From Nitrosopumilaceae archaeon (GTDB taxonomy: Archaea; Thermoproteota; Nitrososphaeria; Nitrososphaerales; Nitrosopumilaceae): a stretch of DNA of 64,000 nucleotides. Shown piece after piece: positions 56,481 through 64,000 of the stretch. The position numbers and the translations under genes are program-made. The DNA lies in contig CBDBMG010000003.1 in assembly GCA_965207375.1 (NCBI GenBank), forward strand, positions 288,001 through 352,000, read 5' to 3'. The stretch's first letter is position 1. Each line of letters begins with the position of its first letter. The notes under the pieces were generated by a model. That model was not told the origin of the DNA. It ran no database searches and saw nothing but the letters and a program-made list of their open reading frames with translations.

Positions 56481-58685
56481 TTAAGAATAATGGGTAAAAT
56501 TTTTGGGAAATTCGGAAAGGAAATTTTTGAACATAATAGGCTCGAGCCTATCAAAGAGTACACACGACCACTTCTTGTTCTTAGGTCTACGAGAGTTAGA
56601 ATGTATCCACTGGTATAGTATGGATATTCTGGGTCTCTGGGTACTTGAACAAGTTCGATGGAACATGTGGATGCAGAAACACCACCTTAGTGTCACTGCA
56701 AACTTCAAGCACACAAGCTAACCACCAATTCTCTTCTAGTGACAAACACAGCAATCGATCACGGTGGTATTTCATTCTTTGCTAGAGCTACTCTCTTTTT
56801 CCTGGAAACATGAGTAAAATTTGACTTCCACTGTGCTATCTGAGATCGATACAAAAGAGTGCAGTTTTCTCGTACCAGGGATTGTACGTGAGAGTTGAAA
56901 GCAACATTCCAAACTATTCTGTTCTCTCACATAATCTTCATTGCTACAATACCCAAAGTAAGCAGCAGGTATGTTGCTACATGCCCAATCGAACAACCAA
57001 CGTGGTGTCATTAGCTGGTCATTGTATGGCATTTGCAAGCTGGCACGAGCTGCTTGTCGCTTGACTATTCCATCCATCACATGCCCCCTTTCCATGTGAA
57101 ATGGCTGAAAAATACCATTCAGCTTTGACTCCAAAATCATCTTCCTATTTTTGTACTGCAGTGCAGCACCATCAGAAAAATAGACTATCTTCTTAGGGTG
57201 CAATCTAGCTGGTAGCAACTCTTTCAGAAAGGTCTTTGAAAAAGGTGAACAGCTACAGTATCATGGTGGAGACAGTCAGAAATCACCATGCACCTCACAT
57301 GGTGTATCTCTTCCGAATCCAGGTAGTAGGCAACAAAGGGGTGCAGGGTTACTTGGGATTTATTCCAATGGAACCCTTGGTCAGCATCTTACAAAACGAA
57401 AGAGTAATTTTCCAAAAAATCTGCAGTAATCAGGAACTCTCCTGTCTTCAAAGTAGCCTTATAAGATGCATAGAATTATGCCTACTCTTTTGCAATGGAT
57501 GAATGGGGACACAATAGTTCTATGTATCTTCTTGCAGAAAGTATCAGCAAATTCCTCAACTGGTGAACAAAATGTCTCCAGTGTAGATCTATTGGTGGAG
57601 ACCAACTGCTTGTAGACAATCTGTTCAACGTCAATCTCATCAAAGTGAATGAGCAGCTCTTCTTTCAACGTTTCGATCTCAGAACGGGCATCACATTCAC
57701 CCAAGTAGCATCTAGGAAGTGGAGGATTACATATTATCTTCGCCAAACAGTAGTGGTATGTTGGTAGCTCAGTTATCTGCATCTCCTGGACCAATGACAT
57801 CAACTTCACATTATGATGTATTGTATACACACATACTGAGTGAGTACCACTCGTTCCTGCTAAAACACAATGTTTACGTAGGTCTCAATTTTGAGAACCC
57901 AATTTTGCAATCTGGAAATCTCTCCTTGAACTAATGGTACACCCCTCTCAAATTGCTCAAAACCAGTCACTTTTGAATATACTTACGTTTTCTCTCCTTC
58001 ACCGATACGAAATCCTTCTTTCCAGGCATTACACGACTGATGTCATCAGATTCATAGAAGCTACAAACATCAGTAACTGTTTCTGATGGCAGCGAAAGTT
58101 CGCATGATGGATCAGGAAAGGAAAGAATGCCTCCTTCCTCTACCAGCTTCTTTGACTGTTGTGCCAAATACTCTGAAACACCAAACTCCTGCTGTACTTT
58201 CTTCACTGACCAACTCTTTGGTAAAACTGTTAGCACTTGAACTTGTTTCCCAAACCTTCTCTTTCAGTTGTTGGATCATCTCAGTTCATCATTAATACGT
58301 GCCCCTGTGATAATTGTACACTGCAAAGCTTCAGTGATCTTCTTCACCTTCTGTCTGCAGTAGGTCTTTAACTGGGCTCTACTCTGAGAAAAGGGTGTCT
58401 CACCGATTTCTACTAGACACACATTGAGTGAAGATACTGCTTCTGAACTGTAAGGATCAGATTCTGTTGCTTGTGAGCTAGGAAGAGTAGGAGGATCAAG
58501 CTCAGAGGTGACAGACTCGGTAGCATCCGACGACTCCTTGCTTAGCATCTTCCTGCATGTGTCACAGATCTTCATTCCAATGGTAATATGTCACACATCC
58601 AGGCTGTGACAGATCTGAGATTCTTCCTACGGCTACTCCAGGTATGATCAGGTATGTCAAACGGATTGCAACAGGACTGAGCCAT
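56481..58685 (-). pseudogene. Sola2 DDD transposase pseudogene
   Basis: Fragments in several frames: MAQSCCNPF; LTVLPKSWSVKKVQQEFGVS; FYESDDISRVMPGKKDFVSV; ADFLENYSF; YFSDGAALQYKN; HGKGACDG; VKRQAARAS; WWLACVLE..FLHPH. Multiple frameshifts and stops. Confidence 0.85.
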
Positions 58686-59859
58686 GTAGTGCTAGTGTGT
58701 GCATACATGTTTTGTGCATCTGCAAACCTAAATCAGCAGAATGGGCTTCAAGGTGTGCAATACTGCATGGGATTTCTGCTATAATACCATACACACCGCT
58801 ACATAAGAACACCTATCTCGTAATCCCATGGAGACCCCAAACTGAAACTTTTACAACTAATTGGTGAATGTCTAGCAAGTATCTACAAAAAGTAACAAAA
58901 AATTCCAATCAGCACTTTTTGATAGATCAAAGGTCAAAGATTAGGAGACATGCCTAATTATCAACTTCGTCAAATTAATTTGTTAAACATACCAAATGAA
59001 AGCTTATTCTTTCAGCTTCAAAGTGGTGCAATTCGTTTTTCAAAATAATGAAAATTGCCCAAGTTATGATGCTTTGAATGGTCACAGGTGCAGCAAAATA
59101 ACAAAAAGTAGAATATTCAATGGGCAATTTTGGGGAAGCCATACAAGCAATGGGGATGAAATTCCTTTGGGACACATATGACCACCTGGGCTACCCACAC
59201 ACCGAATTTCATCCAATTCTGAGAGGGTCATGTGCAAAACTTTGGTGAACTGATATGGAATTACCCAATATCAAATTCAACTACAGTACTACCACACCAT
59301 AGACATTGTGAACATTATGGCTATCCTTATAACACCTTAACTGCTTTTCAACTGTAGGTTCCAAGGTATCTTAATGTACGTATGTAACAAAATTGAAAGT
59401 GTAAGAGATGCTCATCTTCATCTCTAGGACTGTCACATGTAACTAAATGTGAGGATAAGCAGTAAGCATCAATAGGAAACCTTTGATGTCATTTTCATAA
59501 ACCTTAAAAACTTTATTACAAAAATTTAAAAAACCTCTAGCCCTTGAAGTTTTGTGGCTACACAGTATAGGTATACAATTTTGCTATTGGAATGTAAAGC
59601 TATTAAACACTGCAATGCTTAATGATAATTTATAGCATAAGTTGTACAATTATTTTTTTATAAAATAAACATATCCTTATTACTCTTGGTTAATGTACAT
59701 CATACTCTAGAAGCATTTACTGTCATGCAGCTTACAAACCTTGTACGGTACTAGGGATAGAAACTATGAATAGGCTTGTTTTGTGTACTTACATAACCCC
59801 AGGTTTCTTTATTCTTGCTCACAACTAAACATCTTAGTATTCTTAATCTATATTCAATT

Positions 59860-60178
59860 AAAAATGGAGCACTTCAGTTTATACAAGTAAGCGTACCATG
59901 CGGGTAGCAAAGCTTATAAAAGAATAATGATCTATAGTGTTACAGCAACTTTATGCTACTTTTAAAAAGTTTTTGACTAAAAAACTGGAGTATAAAACTA
60001 GTTTAAGCAGAAGAATTAAATTTGTATGCATTGCTACATATGTCTTCCCTAGTGATGAATCTTTGCTCACGTGACTTACTCGTGACATCATTGAATATTA
60101 TTACAATACATTGAATAGAATTCGATCAAGTTACACATGCAGTGCCTGGTTTTTAGATGATAAAACATCAACTTGTTT
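59860..60178 (+). mobile_element. HINE-like 3' fragment
   Basis: Ends CCTGGTTTTTAGATGATAAAACATCAACTTGTT. Confidence 0.7.
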
Positions 60179-61149
60179 CTTATCAATCGGAGTTTTTAAT
60201 GGTAGATACCTACCAAATATTTATTTTTAAGCCTAATATATAGGTACGTAGCTAAAAGCACCAAGCATAATGCCAGCATAATATGTTTGACTAAGTACGT
60301 ACGTATTAATACCAAAGATCGATTGGACAGTCATCGAGATTATTATTTTGTACAAGTGAATATACTCTAATGAAATAGTCACAGTTTATACGGTATATGT
60401 GACAGTAAAAAGTTATCATTTCTGTTTTATACAATTGTAAAAACATTGTAACTGTAACAATTTACGTATAAATCATTTTATTATGCAATAGTTTTTTCAG
60501 AGAACAATATGATGATGCAATCTGAAAAACTATTGCGCAATCATTTAAAAAGACGATTATGCAACCCTTAAGCCACACTCGCTATAGTTAACCCACGCAT
60601 ACATACGTACGTACTTATCCTCACCATTGGTTACCAAGGCCATACAAATGTTACTGTATGCGAAATGACAAGTAGTCTTCATCAAGCCTTAGCGCTGCTC
60701 AGTCAGCAAACTGGTAAATCGTATTTGTTGGGGGTGTCCCGTAATTTTTGCTACAAACCACATTGTTACGATTACTTAACAACCAGCCTTGAAGCCATAT
60801 GCAGTCCTAATTTGTGTAGCCACCTCTTTTTTATACTAATTGATGCCATAAGTAAATATTCCACTGTAAGGCCACTATTTGGTGAATGTTAGTTTCTCAT
60901 CCAAGAATTATTTTAGCAATGCGGGCGGATGGACATTACTATTATTCCATTATGCTTTTGTATTAAATAAAACAAGGAATCTTTATGTTTTTCAGTGAAA
61001 GCAATGTCCTATTGGTATAGCATTGATTCTAGCAATCGTTTGTAGCTATAGAGATCTACGTATGCAAGCATAGATATTTTGCACGTGTGACACAATTTCC
61101 ACTATTTGCCACGAGATCACACTTCTTTTTGTTATGCAGCAATTAATTA

Positions 61150-61842
61150 GGGAAGTAATAAAACCTGGACTGGACTCTGGACTGGATTCTAATATAGCTA
61201 TAGGCATGCTGCGTTGTGAGAATCTTTCTGCATACCATATTAAATGATCGAGACGATCAGTGCCTCATGACAGCATCCGATTGACAAGCGCTTGCTTTCT
61301 TGTGAGTACTGAAGTTCCAAAAGATGGGAATGGAGGGGTAGCTATAGAGCACCTCAACTTTTTAGCTTTCCACCTGGTATTGACATATACTACGTATCTA
61401 TGATATAATCATTATAAAGAATCAAAATACTCTAATAAAGCAGTCATTTATCCTTATACCAATGACAAGACTTTTTTGCTAGAGTCCATGCAGAGCAAAC
61501 TCGAGGGTGGGGGCTGCTTGCAGTAATTGGGTGCTCTATTGTATAGATGCTCTGTCCCTCTACTTTTAACTCTATAGCCCTACCCCTCCAGTCTCCACGT
61601 TCTGCAGCTTACGCACAAAACTAACTACGCCAGACTTTCCGGGCAAGCGTACGTATGTCAATCAGATTGTGGGGCACTCATCATCTCCAAAAGCCTCATT
61701 GCACATTGCACAGAAGGATTCTCCCAACACGGCTAATCTATGAGGTATGCTCAACCAGCATGCCTAGTTATAGCTATTAGGTGCAAAAATCATATTTACA
61801 ACACGGAATCCGGAATCTCCAGTCCAGGTTTTATCGCTTCCC
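61150..61842. mobile_element. GGG...CCC TIR element, non-autonomous
   Basis: GGGAAGTAATAAAACCTGGACTGGA / TCCAGTCCAGGTTTTATCGCTTCCC; flanks ATTA / AATA. Confidence 0.7.
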
Positions 61843-64000
61843 AATAAATTAACATGTAAACAATCAAATGTGACATCTGGTGCACTTCTACAAAGGTATG
61901 TTGCATTTGTACACATGCCCAATGTGTATAATGACAATTGTGGCAGTTTCACAAAAAAGGATGCGGGTGGTAAAAAGGCCATGCGGGTGGTAGATGATAA
62001 ACATTCAACAAATAAGGGCCTTACTGACACATGATATGTTCAAACACTCAGTTTAGTGCTTACGTATTTCATGTATGATAAATCTCTGCAACAAAACATT
62101 GGAAAATACAAAATTGATCTACAAATACGTAGCACTGATAGGGCTACGTACTTTTAGTGGACACTTCTTCTTAGTTTTACAGGTACACAAAAGATGACGG
62201 TCATTAAGACTTTGGCTCAGAAGTCAATCTATCCATGATTGTTAGCGCTTGGAAAGTGTTTTGATCCAACTGGACACCTGATTAGACATTCTCTTCACAA
62301 AGTAGCAAATGTTACCCTCGACCGAGAGTGCCCGACGGATCAAAACTTCTATAGTTAGTATTTGCATGAGTAATAAGAATTACGTAAATTGAGTGATCCA
62401 ATAGGATAATTTCATTTTACATTTAACAATACATCATTATATTTTTGTCAATTAGTTAATGCAGCTGACAATACATTGTAAAACCCACAATTAGCTAAAT
62501 GTCACATGTTAAAATATAAAAGAAGAGGCTAAACCTTGATAAATGATAATAAAATGCCCAATAAATATGTATAGAATTTTTGCAAGGTCTGAAAAGGACA
62601 CACAATGATCAAAACAATGGTTACTATGGTAATCAGTTCATTGTATAATATAGAAAACTCATCATTGTAATATTTTGTTTAAAATTTGACTGGTTTTAAC
62701 CTATTTGTTTTAAAGTGGGTCAGTAGTTATTGGCCTGGTTCTTTCTATTGATCCATTTTAATATTGGTGAATTTATTTTGTACTGATGAAATCGATGTGA
62801 TTGGATAGTCACCGTCTGATTGTCTGATGAAAAGTACTGTATGGTTCAGCCAAGCCAGTACTAGCCATCAGTTGGTCAGCTTTCCTGTTACCTTACATCT
62901 TCCGGCAGGGTGTTTAATGCTAGTCAACATGCAAAGAAGAGGGTGTGGCCACACAAGACTAGTTACTACTGTACAATACCTATAGCTATCCCTTTAAAAG
63001 GATACTCTAACAAAATTGGTCAACCCGTCGTAAAACTGATTAACCAGTTTAAAGTCAGTCATGAATTTTAAATCAGGTCATGACATTTACGGTAGTGAGC
63101 AGTTAAATGACCATCTGTTGTTATGGATTCTTGATATTGTGCATACCATAGTCTAAATACATTTAGCTGTGTGTGTATTTATATAATGAGTGTATGTTCT
63201 ATTGTAGCCAATACGGATTATGTGATAGCAGCTACAAATATTTTGACTGGGCAGTTAATGATTTAGTCATTGATCGGCAACACTCTGACTACCAGCCGTG
63301 TGGACCACTGTTTGATCAAGTGTCGACCAGTTCATTCCAGAAATACTTCAAACCTCCTGAGTCACGATTGAACATTCAACAAAAAGCTTATTAAAATGTC
63401 CTATATTAATGTTGTACAATAGCTGCAATGAAAATACACTAAACATTAATTTTCTATGCTATAATAAAAATTCATTGTAGGGGCAGAGTATTATAAATTG
63501 ATACATTGTGTTCCTCTACCATCTTCTTGCCATCTCCTTGTGACCTTTTTGGTTGTTGGATTACCGGCTATCTTTCAGATAGTGCAGTCTTGTATTTTAT
63601 TAAATTCGTGTGTTGATTCTGTTTACCTTGATTTGCTGTTTGTGTACTACAAAAGACAAAACTTTTGTGGTTTTCGCAAATTTTCAATAAATCGTGAAAA
63701 GATTTCCCTACTAATTTCAATACATGAATGTTGTTTTTGTCCTTATTTGGAAAAGTTTTCTCTACATTATGAGTGAACCCAATAAACCACAAAAATTTTA
63801 TCATTTATGGTATTTCAGTTGCTTTACTTGTAATTCATCCACAAATGATTGTTGGAACTGTTTAATCATTGAAACTTGGCTAATATCAAGAATAGAATTT
63901 CTATGCTACACCATATGTTTGTAACTTTAAATTCATTACTTATCGTAAGAGAACCTCTGGATGATAAGGCTGAATGTGATGTGCATACATCCTGAAAGTA

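Larger units (their letters stand above)
54017..59266 (-). mobile_element. Full-length Sola2-type DNA transposon (decayed), ~550-bp TIRs, 4-bp TSD AATA
   Basis: GGGTAATTCCATATCAGTTCACCAAAG... at 54017 and its reverse complement ending at 59266. TIRs ~54017-54565 / ~58718-59266; AATA on both flanks. GRG..CYC ends, long TIRs and a 4-bp TSD match Sola2. Confidence 0.9.

Noticed and set aside
54085-59181. Mirror ORFs at 54085-54309 and 58975-59181
   Set aside because: Chance ORFs in the two Sola2 TIRs.

Overview
AT-rich eukaryotic DNA with GT-AG introns, some only ~50 bp. It is probably from an invertebrate animal (a sponge-like composition is my inference only) and is dominated by transposons and microsatellites. 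Two spliced + strand genes lie in tandem. The first is an intact 3-exon DDE integrase/transposase of IS3/IS3EU type (6207-9183, 487 aa). The second is a 12-exon HECT E3 ubiquitin ligase of G2E3-like type with a UBZ-like C2HC finger and a UIM (14861-27838). As assembled, a 1-nt deficit in a C7 run removes its catalytic Cys. This pair is the best candidate for a composite transposase + ubiquitin-ligase mobile element, but I could not locate its ends. Also present are a full-length, decayed Sola2-type DNA transposon (54017-59266, ~550-bp TIRs, AATA TSD) and a 5' Bel/Pao LTR fragment with a tRNA-Phe PBS. There are decaying ankyrin-repeat exons in locally duplicated units, CR1-type LINE 3' ends, and about nine copies of a Helentron-like non-autonomous element. 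Many MITEs have readable TSDs (piggyBac, Kolobok, hAT with 8/6/5-bp TSDs, TA-flanked). Most ORFs in the supplied track are spurious. All family assignments come from motifs recognised by eye, with no database search.
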